A DNA stretch of 64,000 bases from Anaerolineae bacterium (GCA_050942995.1 JBMNOI010000001.1:776-64775); one strand, 5' to 3'; positions 9,411-18,522 are shown, numbered from the stretch's first letter. Notes: generated by a model not told the origin, from the letters alone. Numbers and translations: made by a program.

Positions 9411-10940
9411 TCAACGCAACAGGTGGGCCAGACGGGCGGCCATATGATCCAGACGCCCGGCCATCCGATCGATCTGCCCGGCGATGAGGCGCTCCGACAG
9501 GACGCTGTCGGCAATCTCGACATTTCCCTGGGTGTAGGTAGGGTACACATGCATGGAGCGGATAAGCTGCGAGAGCTTGATGTGTCCCTGCAAAGCCAGC
9601 ACCCACTCGTGAATCATCTCGCCCGCCGAGCCGGCCACGATGGTCACGCCCAGGAGCCGCCCGGAGCGGATGCGCCCCCGGCGATAGACCAGTTTGACGA
9701 ACCCGGTGGTATCGCCCTCGGCCAGAGCGCGGTCGATTCGGCTGATGGGCCAGGTTGTGGTCGATATGCGGTCGCCATATATCTCGCGGGCCTGCGCCTC
9801 GGTCAAGCCCACATGGGCCACTTCGGGGTCGGTAAAGGTCGTCCAGGGCACCACATCGGTGTGGCCCTGAGTGGCCCAGGGGAGCAGCGCGTTGCGCGCC
9901 GCCGTCAGCCCCTGCCAGGCGGCATAGTGGATGAGATGATAGCCGCCGGTGCAATCGCCCGCCGCCAGGATATGCGGACGGGTGGTTCGCAGATATCGGT
10001 CGACCTGGATGCCGTTTCGCCCATACTCCACGCCGGCCACCTCCAGCCCCAGACCGGTGATCTGTGGTACACGTCCCGTAGTAACCAGCAGGGCATCGCC
10101 TGCAATCTCGTCGTCATCCGACGCCAGATGAATGGTTTCGCCATCCTGCCATACACGGCGTACGGAATGATTCAGGCGCACATCGACGCCCTCTGCGGCC
10201 AGCACATCGGCGATGAGGGCCGCGGCATCGGGCTCGTCATGAGACAGCAAACGCTCCCGCGCCTCCACCAGAGTCACCTCGGCGCCCAGCCGACGAAACG
10301 CCTGAGCCATCTCGCAACCGGTGGGGCCGGCGCCCAGTACCAGCAAGTGTTTCGGAAGGGCAGGCATGTCCCACAGCGTCTGATAGGTGTAATGGCGCAC
10401 CTGGCGCAGGCCCGGGATGGATGGGACAAAGGGACGCGCCCCGGTCGTAAGCAGAATGCGCCGGCCCGCAAGTTCCACATCGCCGACGCGGATGGTATAG
10501 GGGTTCACAAAGCGCGCCCGCCCCAGGTACAACTGGATGCCCTGTCGACGAAGCGCGGAGGGCGATTCCTCACGAAAGGCGATATCGGCAACGACTGCCC
10601 GCATACGTCCGAATACAGCCTGCAGATTCGCCGTCACGCTGGCCGACGCGTCGTCCGCATCGTCCGGTGATGATATGGTGGCGCCGGCGGAAGCCGGTAC
10701 GGTGACCGGCCGCGTTTGATCGACGGTAATGCCATATTGCCCGGCGACACGGATCTGGTGGGCGACTCGCGCCGCTTTGATCAGGGTACGAAAGGGGATA
10801 CATAATGACCAGGTACAATCGCCGCCGATGCGATCCTTCTCCACCAGGGCGACGCGCCGGCCGATACGGGCGGCATACATGGCGGCGGCGAGGCCCGCCG
10901 GCCCCGCCCCGACAATCAAAAGATCGTATTGCTCAACCAT
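9411..10940 (-). CDS. FAD-dependent pyridine nucleotide-disulfide oxidoreductase (dihydrolipoamide dehydrogenase / mercuric reductase family) with C-terminal extension
   Basis: YDLLIVGAGPAGLAAAMYAARIG FAD motif. Redox-active segment GGDCTWSLCIPFRTL. Central NAD motif and C-terminal dimerisation region. ~60-aa tail beyond the usual end. Confidence 0.7.
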   Translation of the reverse strand: MVEQYDLLIVGAGPAGLAAAMYAARIGRRVALVEKDRIGGDCTWSLCIPFRTLIKAARVAHQIRVAGQYGITVDQTRPVTVPASAGATISSPDDADDASASVTANLQAVFGRMRAVVADIAFREESPSALRRQGIQLYLGRARFVNPYTIRVGDVELAGRRILLTTGARPFVPSIPGLRQVRHYTYQTLWDMPALPKHLLVLGAGPTGCEMAQAFRRLGAEVTLVEARERLLSHDEPDAAALIADVLAAEGVDVRLNHSVRRVWQDGETIHLASDDDEIAGDALLVTTGRVPQITGLGLEVAGVEYGRNGIQVDRYLRTTRPHILAAGDCTGGYHLIHYAAWQGLTAARNALLPWATQGHTDVVPWTTFTDPEVAHVGLTEAQAREIYGDRISTTTWPISRIDRALAEGDTTGFVKLVYRRGRIRSGRLLGVTIVAGSAGEMIHEWVLALQGHIKLSQLIRSMHVYPTYTQGNVEIADSVLSERLIAGQIDRMAGRLDHMAARLAHLLR

Positions 10941-11150
10941 CTAAACTCCTCAACCGGCAGGCCCCCATCTGCCCAAAGTACCCGCCGAACCACGCACTCG
11001 ATCTTGCCATTATGGTAACACGTTCCGCCTCACGATGCTATCCTCAGCGGGAGGTTGCGCGGCATGGCCCGATCAGCCCGGGCTCTTTCCTTTGGCGCGC
11101 TGTATGCGATTCGACCGCGCGGATACATGAAAACCTGCCTCGAAAAATGG

Positions 11151-11179
11151 TTGACATATCAGAGGATTCATGATACTAT
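11151..11179 (+). promoter_or_regulatory. Sigma70-like promoter P1 (TTGACA-17-TACTAT)
   Basis: TTGACAtatcagaggattcatgaTACTAT with exact 17-nt spacer. Drives structured RNA copy 1. Confidence 0.6.
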
Positions 11180-11186
11180 GTTAGTG

Positions 11187-11486
11187 TAGAGTCTCGAGGG
11201 GTTAACGTTACGCCAGAGTACCTGTTCGGCAGGACTAGGAAGACAAGTGGGGATCTATCGGGAGATCGGTAGAAAACCATGAGTCAGTGAAAAGATAGTG
11301 GCACCACCACTGTCGGGAAGCTGGCAAGCGACTCGTCCGAGGGGAAACCCGAGGATGAAAGCGAGTCAACCGAAACGAACGAGTGGGTGCGACGAAGGTG
11401 TAATGAAGGTCACTTGAGACTCTACATCTCTCTTATTGGTGTACCGACTGTCGTATCCGGAGCGAGCCGCTGTGCACGGCTCGCTC
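11187..11486 (+). ncRNA. Structured RNA element copy 1 (riboswitch-like; cobalamin-like core, unconfirmed)
   Basis: ~200-nt core is ~95% identical to copy 2. Closing helix TGTAGAGTCTCGAG / CTTGAGACTCTACA. Motifs GGGAGATCGGTAGAAAACC and CCACTGTCGGGAAG. Ends in an intrinsic terminator. Confidence 0.5.
11449..11486 (+). terminator. Intrinsic terminator T1
   Basis: GGAGCGAGCCG-ctgtgca-CGGCTCGCTCC followed by CTTTTTAT. Confidence 0.7.
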
Positions 11487-11653
11487 CCTTTTTATACCTC
11501 CGTAACAGATAACCCCCTTCTAAAGATCTCCGCCGCAATTGGCACTGGCCACCTTCGGGAGGTGATTTGTACAGCCTCGGCCGAACTCGGCGCATTATGA
11601 ACATTATCTTTATAAATTCATCCGATAATCTATGAAATTGGCCTCAAAAGGGG

Positions 11654-11682
11654 TTGACATATCGGGGCCATTATGTTATCAT
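11654..11682 (+). promoter_or_regulatory. Sigma70-like promoter P2 (TTGACA-17-TATCAT)
   Basis: TTGACAtatcggggccattatgtTATCAT, 17-nt spacer. Drives structured RNA copy 2. Confidence 0.6.
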
Positions 11683-11689
11683 ACGGTTG

Positions 11690-12005
11690 CAGGGTCTTGA
11701 GAGATTGACGTCGCACTGGAGCGCCTGTTCGGTAGGACTAGGAAGACAAGTGGGGATCTATCGGGAGATCGGTAGAAAACCATGAGTCAGTGAAAAGATG
11801 GTGGCACCACCACTGTCGGGAAGCTGGCAAGCAAGTAGTCCGAGGGGAAACCCGAGGGTGAAAGTGAGTCAACCGAAACGAACGAGTAGGTGCGATGAAG
11901 GTGTGATGGAGGTCACTTGAGGCCCTGCGTTTTTATCGATAGCGTATCGATATGTAGTTCAGAGGGCGGGCCGCGATCGCTGATCGTGGCCCGCCCCTTT
12001 TTTTG
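11690..12005 (+). ncRNA. Structured RNA element copy 2 (riboswitch-like leader of the EEP/NYN/GNAT operon)
   Basis: Same conserved core as copy 1. Closing helix GCAGGGTCTTGAG / CTTGAGGCCCTGC has a different sequence but stays complementary, i.e. covariation. Followed by terminator T2, then the gene at 12236. Confidence 0.5.
11964..12004 (+). terminator. Intrinsic terminator T2
   Basis: GGGCGGGCC-gcgatcgctgatcgt-GGCCCGCCC followed by CTTTTTTTG. Confidence 0.75.
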
Positions 12006-12235
12006 CCACAGCCCCCGGTCTGGCACCACCTTCCGAAGGGTCTCTCCCGTGAGCGAATGGTTCACGAGGAAAGCGCACGATTGGCATTCGCTACCTTCGG
12101 AAGGTGGTTGTTTTCGCAAATCTTACGGCCGGGCTTTTTGCCAGGCCCGGAATGACATATACTGATTATAGGCCGCCCGAGTCCACCATACTCGACCCAT
12201 CCAGGGATGGCCATATCTCGTGTACGGATGGTGTA

Positions 12236-13246
12236 ATGACTGACCGATTGATAATGTTGAGCAGGGCCTATACCCTGCTGGCAGGGCTCTATCTTGTGAC
12301 GCTGCTGGCCCTGACCGTTGCGGCGCACGTGACCCACAAACCCGAGATCCGCGGAGTGTTGCGCACCGGCCGGGCGCTGCTGTTCTTACCGGCGCCGGTA
12401 TTGTGGCTTCCTGCGCTGGCTCTGGAGCGGTGGACGATGGCGCTCTTTTTGTTGCCGCTGGCAATCGCCCTCATCCCTTCGTGGGGGGCCCTTTTGCGCC
12501 CGCGAGGAGGAGGTGAACGCCCTGCACGGGGGGCTACGCTGACGGTGCTGACCTACAATCTACAGGCGCCGCACGAGGAGGAGGCGCCCCATCGCGCCGC
12601 GCTGATTCGCGAAATCGGCGCCGATATCGTCGCCCTGCAAGAGTTAAGCTCCGAAGCGGCGGCCCATCTGGCCAGCGCGCTGAGCGACATCTACCCTCAT
12701 CAGGCGCTCTACCCCCAACCCAATCGCTACGCGGGGCAGGGTCTGCTGAGCCGCTACCCGATCGTGACCGATGAATTCTGGCAGTGCGACGAGATCCCCG
12801 AACCGTTGGGGCATCAACGCGCCGAGCTGGACGTCAGTGGCACACGCGTCACGCTCTATAACGCCCATCCCGTGCCGCCCTTTTCGCTACAAGAGCGTTT
12901 GCGACTGCACCCGCACAGCGTCGATATGACGGCGCTGCTGGAACGCGTACGCACCGAACAGGGAGGAGCGGTCATTGTCGCCGGCGATCTGAACATGACC
13001 GCCCAATTTGAGGAATACCGGCGCCTGGCGGAAATGATGGTCGACGCCTATGTCGAAAGCGGTCGCAACGGCCCGGGGTTTACCTTCCCGGTGAACCCGC
13101 GCATCCCCCCACTGGCACGGCTGGATCACATCTTTTGCCGCGGCGACTTGTTACCGCTGGAGGCCCGTCCATTACGTCATTCCGGCGGATCGGATCATCG
13201 GCCGGTGTGGGCTCGACTGGCGCTGACCGGCGAGGAGAATTCATAA
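12236..13246 (+). CDS. Membrane-anchored endonuclease/exonuclease/phosphatase (EEP) family protein
   Basis: Track ORF 12104..13246. N-terminal TM helices, then EEP motifs LTYNLQAP, DIVALQEL, VAGDLNMT, SDHRPVWARL. Start at Met45 (12236) is tentative; GTG 12104 or ATG 12152 are alternatives. Confidence 0.65.
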   Translation: MTDRLIMLSRAYTLLAGLYLVTLLALTVAAHVTHKPEIRGVLRTGRALLFLPAPVLWLPALALERWTMALFLLPLAIALIPSWGALLRPRGGGERPARGATLTVLTYNLQAPHEEEAPHRAALIREIGADIVALQELSSEAAAHLASALSDIYPHQALYPQPNRYAGQGLLSRYPIVTDEFWQCDEIPEPLGHQRAELDVSGTRVTLYNAHPVPPFSLQERLRLHPHSVDMTALLERVRTEQGGAVIVAGDLNMTAQFEEYRRLAEMMVDAYVESGRNGPGFTFPVNPRIPPLARLDHIFCRGDLLPLEARPLRHSGGSDHRPVWARLALTGEENS

Positions 13247-13606
13247 AAGATGGTATTCGGCCGCTCTACCGCCTCGTCCACCATTCGGATATTCTACGCA
13301 TCGAGGGCATCATCTCGGGCTCCGGCCCCGGCGACGCCGGCTGTCTGGGCCGCATCATCATTTTTGACCAATTGTGTTATAATATCCCCCGGATGAATTG
13401 AGTTTCGAGAGGGCAATCCCCAGCAGCCTATATTTCAATTCAGAAATCGATTTTGGATGTCGGCTCGCAGGCGAAAAGCGCCTCGAAATGACCTCAAAGA
13501 TCGCCCTCTCAGTGCAGTGAATTGTGAAAGGTTGATCAATGTACAGGCAATTGTTAGGAATGGGCTCGCTCGTGGGCGCGCCCGGCTCGGAACGGAGAAG
13601 ATAGCC

Positions 13607-14704
13607 ATGACCCGAGCAATGATCTTTATCGATGGCACATGGTTGTACCTCAGCACCCCCCGTTTGGCCGACGATTACGGCACACCCGAACTACACCTCG
13701 ATTATGGACTCTTGCCCAGAGTTCTGGGCGACCAGATGAAAGAACAGTTGGGCCTTGGCGAGATCGATATTGTACGTACCTGTCTGTTCGCCAGTCACGC
13801 CATTAATTACGATCTCCGTGATGAAGAGATGGTCGAGCGCCATCTGGCTTTCTTTGACATGCTTAAAGAGGATTTTCATTACGAGGTCGAGCTCTATCCC
13901 ATCGACTTTCGCGGGCAACGCTTGCGCCGCAAAGATCGCGACCCCGAAACCGAGTTCGAGCCCAAGGAAAAGTGTGTCGATGTGGCGCTGGCCTCTACCA
14001 TGATGTACTATGCCGCCATCCCATCGGCGTACGACATCGCCATTGTGGTAGCGGGCGATCGAGACTATCTGCCCCTGCTGCAAAATGTCCGCCGCCTGGG
14101 CAAGCGTGTCGCCATCGTCAGCATCCGCGGTTGCTGCACGCCCGATTTCAGCGATCCGGCCAACACCCATCAGGTGCGCGACACCGACATTATCTGGCTC
14201 AACGACATCATCCCGCAGATCGAGCTCAAATGGGAACGCCGTCAGCTCGAGTGCCGTTCGCCCCTGCATGAGGGGAACCGTCTGGTGTGGACGACCTTTC
14301 GCCCCCGCACAGGGCAACCCTTCTACTGCCCCGAATGCCGCAAAAAACGTAACGCCATGCTGCAAGAGAGTTCCGGCGATACATCGTCAGCGTCGATGAC
14401 GGCGTCGATGACGCCGTCCACCACGAATGAACCCAACGGTAACGGCCATCCCGATCGGGACGGTGAAGGAAACGATGACGATTCGTCCTACTATGGCGTC
14501 ATCACCAAGGTATTCAAGGGCAACGGCTACGGATTCATCCGCAGCGAGACCGAGAGAGAGTACTTTTTCCATCTGACCGACCTCAAAAACGCACAGTGGG
14601 AGCAGATCGACACCGGCCTGCGTGTGTCGTTCTCCGTCGAACGAGAACCATCTCTCAACCCCGAACGCCGCGCCGGCGCGGCCAGTAATGTGTGGATCGT
14701 ATGA
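13607..14704 (+). CDS. NYN (LabA-like) nuclease domain - zinc ribbon - cold-shock domain fusion protein
   Basis: Track ORF 13457..14704, start at MTRAMIFIDGTW. NYN pattern CVDVALASTMMYYA...IAIVVAGDRDYLPLLQNVRRLGKRVAIVS. C-x-C...CPEC ribbon, S/T-rich linker, then C-terminal CSD YGVITKVFKGNGYGFIRSE...EYFFHLTDL. Confidence 0.7.
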   Translation: MTRAMIFIDGTWLYLSTPRLADDYGTPELHLDYGLLPRVLGDQMKEQLGLGEIDIVRTCLFASHAINYDLRDEEMVERHLAFFDMLKEDFHYEVELYPIDFRGQRLRRKDRDPETEFEPKEKCVDVALASTMMYYAAIPSAYDIAIVVAGDRDYLPLLQNVRRLGKRVAIVSIRGCCTPDFSDPANTHQVRDTDIIWLNDIIPQIELKWERRQLECRSPLHEGNRLVWTTFRPRTGQPFYCPECRKKRNAMLQESSGDTSSASMTASMTPSTTNEPNGNGHPDRDGEGNDDDSSYYGVITKVFKGNGYGFIRSETEREYFFHLTDLKNAQWEQIDTGLRVSFSVEREPSLNPERRAGAASNVWIV

Positions 14705-15222
14705 GAAAAACAACCCGTCAAAGATCTTCGTCTCCCAGAGTACGGCTGGTGCCCATGAGCGCCGACGAGTTCACCACCTGGTGGCAGGCGGCCATCGACA
14801 GCTATGCGCGAGAGAAGGTGCGCGCCGGCAACTGGGACGCCGCCGATGCCCCGGCTCTGGCCGAGCATTCATATCGTGAACTGCTCCCCCAGGGAACGGC
14901 CACGCCGGGCAACTATGTGTGCTCCATCATCAATGAGGATGGCGACTCGGTCGGCGCGCTCTGGTTCGCCGAGGGGACCGAGGGGCCGGGAAGGCCGGCC
15001 TATCTATACGACCTCGTCGTGTATGAGGCCTTTCGCCGACAGGGATACGCCCTGAGCGCCCTGCAGGTTCTGGAAGAACGCGTCTGCGAGATGGGGCTGG
15101 ATCGGATCATCCTGCACGTGTTCGGTCACAATCGCTCCGCTCAGGCCTTGTACGAGAGAGCCGGCTATATCGTGACCAACGTCGTCATGTGCCGTACGCT
15201 GTCGCCCCTCGAGACGAAATAG
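14701..15222 (+). CDS. GNAT family N-acetyltransferase
   Basis: ATGA start/stop overlap with the NYN gene (translational coupling). YEAFRRQGYALSALQVLEERVCEMGLDRIILHV...ALYERAGY. Confidence 0.7.
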   Translation: MRKTTRQRSSSPRVRLVPMSADEFTTWWQAAIDSYAREKVRAGNWDAADAPALAEHSYRELLPQGTATPGNYVCSIINEDGDSVGALWFAEGTEGPGRPAYLYDLVVYEAFRRQGYALSALQVLEERVCEMGLDRIILHVFGHNRSAQALYERAGYIVTNVVMCRTLSPLETK

Positions 15223-15390
15223 ACGTTGTGGACAACCGGTCGATCAAAGCCACTGCATGAAAGGGCCGCTTGAGGTAGATGTCGCCTCAAGCGGCCCTTT
15301 TGTGTCTCGTGTCGATCGAGCCGTTCCATATTCGGCCTGTCGAGCCCGGCCGGGAATCTCCCATCGGCGCATGAGGTGGCATCATCGGGC

Positions 15391-16215
15391 TCAACGCCCC
15401 GCGGTCACGACCTCATGCAGCGCATCCAGTCGGCGGATCTCCTCGGCGCTCAATTCGAGATCCAGCGCGTCCAGATTCTCGCGCATATGCCCCTCATCTG
15501 TGGACTGGACAATGGTGATGACGTGGGGTTTGCTGATGAGCCAGGCCAGGGCCACCTGATGGGGCGTGGCGCTATAGCCTCTGGCGATACGCGCCGCCTC
15601 TTCCAGCGCAACGCCGTCGAGACGTTTGACGGGCGAATAGGCGGTCAGCAACACATCGTGCTGCTGGCAGTAGGTCAGCACGCCGTTCTCCTCAGGCTCG
15701 CGCACCATCAGGTTATAATGCACCTGATTCGTCGCCAGGATGCTCTCGGTCAGGTGAAACGCATGATCCATCTGCTCCCGATTAAAGTTGCTCACCCCGA
15801 TGTAGCGCGTCTTGCCCTGCTCGACCAGCTCGTTCAGCGCGCGGAACGTCTCATCCAGAGGGACCGTCGGATCAGGCGCGTGAATCAGGTAGAGATCGAG
15901 ATAATCGGTGCCCAGGCGCTCCAGGCTGCCCTCGATCGCCTCCAGCACCTGAGCATAGCGCAGGTGGTTGCGGCCCACCTTGCTGGTGATGAACAGCTTT
16001 TTCCGATCGAAGCCTTTGATGGCCTCCCCGATAACCCGCTCGCTCTCACCGCCCCCGTACACCTCGGCCGTATCGATGTGGGTGTATCCCAGCTCGATCG
16101 CCTTGCGGATAGCGGCCACATCCTGGGCTTTTTCGGATAGATCGGCGCCAAAGCGCGATGTGCCCAACCCCAGCACCGGTACCGGATAGCCGTCATGGAA
16201 TTTCTTGAACCGCAT
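15391..16215 (-). CDS. Aldo/keto reductase
   Basis: Track ORF 15391..16347(-). Start at internal MRFKKFHDGYPVPVLGLGT with AAGGAGGTG RBS upstream. AIELGYTHIDTAEVYGGGESERVIGEAI AKR signature. Confidence 0.8.
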   Translation of the reverse strand: MRFKKFHDGYPVPVLGLGTSRFGADLSEKAQDVAAIRKAIELGYTHIDTAEVYGGGESERVIGEAIKGFDRKKLFITSKVGRNHLRYAQVLEAIEGSLERLGTDYLDLYLIHAPDPTVPLDETFRALNELVEQGKTRYIGVSNFNREQMDHAFHLTESILATNQVHYNLMVREPEENGVLTYCQQHDVLLTAYSPVKRLDGVALEEAARIARGYSATPHQVALAWLISKPHVITIVQSTDEGHMRENLDALDLELSAEEIRRLDALHEVVTAGR

Positions 16216-16650
16216 AGGGTCCACCTCCTTATGCTCCTCATCCGCGCCGAGATGCTCCGTCACGATCGCATCATCGGCGTATTGTTGATAATATTCATCA
16301 TATTTATTATATACGCGCGGCGATGCCAGATCAAGGGGCAGCGGCAAGAGGACAGGGCGGCATCATGGTCCGGTATTACCCACGGAAGGTAGTTGTTGGC
16401 GATAGCGCCCATAGCGCAACGGCCTCAGCAGCCGCTGCCCCTTGACCTCTCCAACAGTTGTGCCTTATACTCAAATGAGGAGGTGTTTGAGAAACCGTCC
16501 TGTGTATGCCACACAATCGATCCGGGGCCGGCTGACAGGCTCTGGAGGTGGCATCTTGTATTTCGCAGAGGGATGCCCCTCTTGGGGACATGCCACCAGA
16601 TCGGTCGATCGATTGTTTATCCGTCGGGTTATTGATTGACAGGAGTTGTG

Positions 16651-16866
16651 ATGATGAAACTGAGCGCACGGAACGTTCTAAAGGGAACCGTTAAGCGAGT
16701 CGAGCACGGTATGGTAAACAGTGAAGTCGTCATCGAGCTGCCGGGCGGACAAGAAGTGGTGTCGATGATCACCAAGCATTCGGCAGAAGGACTGGGCCTC
16801 CGGGAAGGGAAGGAGGTGTATGCGGTGATCAAGGCATCGAACGTGATGGTGTCAGTAGAAGATTAA
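16651..16866 (+). CDS. mop: Molybdopterin-binding (Mop/TOBE domain) protein
   Basis: MMKLSARNVLKGTVKRVEHG...EVYAVIKASNVMV, ~70 aa, typical single TOBE domain. Confidence 0.75.
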   Translation: MMKLSARNVLKGTVKRVEHGMVNSEVVIELPGGQEVVSMITKHSAEGLGLREGKEVYAVIKASNVMVSVED

Positions 16867-16919
16867 AATGGTGAGGCGTACTCCGCAGCAGGAGCGCCGC
16901 CAGCGCAAACACCATAATC

Positions 16920-16951
16920 AAAGGGGCGTCAGGCATGCCTGACGCCCCTTT
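16920..16951. terminator. Perfect palindromic hairpin, probable bidirectional terminator
   Basis: AAAGGGGCGTCAGGCATGCCTGACGCCCCTTT with A/T runs on both sides. Lies at the GC-rich to AT-rich boundary. Confidence 0.7.
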
Positions 16952-17280
16952 CCTTTCGAACGCCAGGAAGAGCCACGCCGGAGATCGCCCGGACGCCGGA
17001 TCGTTCGCCCTATGGGGGCAGAAGGCTGACGAAGGGCGGATGCAGCGCTACGCATTGCAAGAGGGCAGCGCGCTCTATGTCCTGCTGATCTTGAGAGCTG
17101 GCTGCCCATTACATCGGGAAAAATGAGATACAGCCACCATCGGTGGAGGAATAGGAATGAATAAATGACAATTATAATCAATTAGACAAGAAAAACAAAA
17201 AAACGGGCGGGACAAAACGGGGGGTGGCCTTTACACGGCGAGATCTACCGAGTATAATGAGGTTCGAGGGGAGTGAAACT

Positions 17281-18471
17281 ATGCAGAATAATGGTAACGG
17301 GCATGTCCTTGCCACAGGTTCCAAAACGTACCGTCGCTATAAGCTGATTGATCTCTTCGCAGGCGCAGGAGGATTTACGCTCGGATTCACGCCAGAATTC
17401 GGTCACCGCTTTGATATTGTATGGGCAAATGACATTAATCAATTTGCAGCAGACACATATAATGCTAATTTCGGCAATCACTGTGTTGTCGGAGACATCG
17501 TCGATCTCCTTAATGATCCTAAAGTCGTAATCCCGACTGCGGATGTGGTCATTGGCGGTCCTCCTTGTCAGGGCTTTAGCCTTCTCAACAAAAACCGCAA
17601 GGGAGATCCACGAAAGCAGCTATGGCGCCCGTTTTTGACGGTAGTTGAGCGATCAGAGGCCAAGCTATTTGTTATGGAGAATGTTCCTCAACTACTAGGA
17701 TCTAAAGAATATGATGAAATAAAAAAAGTAGCGGAAACCTTGGGTTTCAGGCTTACCGCAGCTAAGCTTTGCGCAGCAGATTACGGAGTCCCGCAATTAC
17801 GATTCCGAGCATTTGTGATCGGTTGTCGGTTTGCCGATCCTTCAGATTTCTTTCCCCCTAAACAGACTCACTATGATCCTGACAAAGAACCAGGACTATT
17901 TGATATAGTAGAAAGAAACAGCACGGGTAGAGTTCATACTTGGCGTACGGTTCGAGACGCGATTGGGGATCTTCCGCCACCTGAAGGCACGGAGATTCGA
18001 GATGAAGACCCTCCTCTGGATCTTCACTTTGGTCGATCTCCAACTGAGTTAAGCATGAAGCGATATCGAGCGATTCCCGAAGAGGGAATGAACCGGTTTG
18101 ATTTACAGCGTTTGGCTCCGGAGTTAACACCCAAGTGCTGGATTCGGAAAAAAACAGGAGGAACCGATCTATTCGGACGGCTATGGCGGGATAAACCCTC
18201 TGTCACGATCAGGACAGAATTCTTCAAGCCCGAAAAGGGACGTTACCTACATCCGGAACAGCACAGACCGATCACGCATCGCGAGGCGGCACGGCTCCAA
18301 TCTTTCCCAGACACCTTCCGGTTTCGGGGTAGTAAGATCGAGATAGCACGCCAGATCGGTAATGCTGTGCCTCCCATGTTGGCAGCACGAGTAGCGGATG
18401 CGGTCGTCGAGATTTTGGCTTTGGCAGAGGAGAATGAACCGATCAGACAGATGGAGATGCAACATCGCTAG
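17281..18471 (+). CDS. DNA (cytosine-5)-methyltransferase (Type II R-M methylase)
   Basis: Motif I DLFAGAGGFTLGF, motif IV GGPPCQGFS, ENV, QLRFRAFVIG, QIGNAVPP. AT-rich codon usage unlike the surrounding genes. Start at MQNNGNG after GAGGGGAG RBS. Confidence 0.9.
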   Translation: MQNNGNGHVLATGSKTYRRYKLIDLFAGAGGFTLGFTPEFGHRFDIVWANDINQFAADTYNANFGNHCVVGDIVDLLNDPKVVIPTADVVIGGPPCQGFSLLNKNRKGDPRKQLWRPFLTVVERSEAKLFVMENVPQLLGSKEYDEIKKVAETLGFRLTAAKLCAADYGVPQLRFRAFVIGCRFADPSDFFPPKQTHYDPDKEPGLFDIVERNSTGRVHTWRTVRDAIGDLPPPEGTEIRDEDPPLDLHFGRSPTELSMKRYRAIPEEGMNRFDLQRLAPELTPKCWIRKKTGGTDLFGRLWRDKPSVTIRTEFFKPEKGRYLHPEQHRPITHREAARLQSFPDTFRFRGSKIEIARQIGNAVPPMLAARVADAVVEILALAEENEPIRQMEMQHR

Positions 18472-18494
18472 GCTAGATATGACCGGATCGTTGA

Positions 18495-18522
18495 CCCCGC
18501 CGGAAACTTGGCGGGGTTTTTT
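18495..18522 (+). terminator. Intrinsic terminator after the methyltransferase
   Basis: CCCCGCC-ggaaactt-GGCGGGG followed by TTTTTT. Confidence 0.7.

Noticed and set aside
9147-10670. 507-aa plus-strand ORF
   Set aside because: Antisense to the FAD disulfide oxidoreductase. Compositionally biased.
11187-12005. Alternative classifications of the tandem RNAs (glmS ribozyme, T-box, retron msr/msd, TnpB/IscB omega RNA)
   Set aside because: No AGCGCCAGAACU / GACGAGG glmS core. No T-box sequence. No adjacent reverse transcriptase or TnpB/IscB gene. The cobalamin-like assignment is kept only as tentative.
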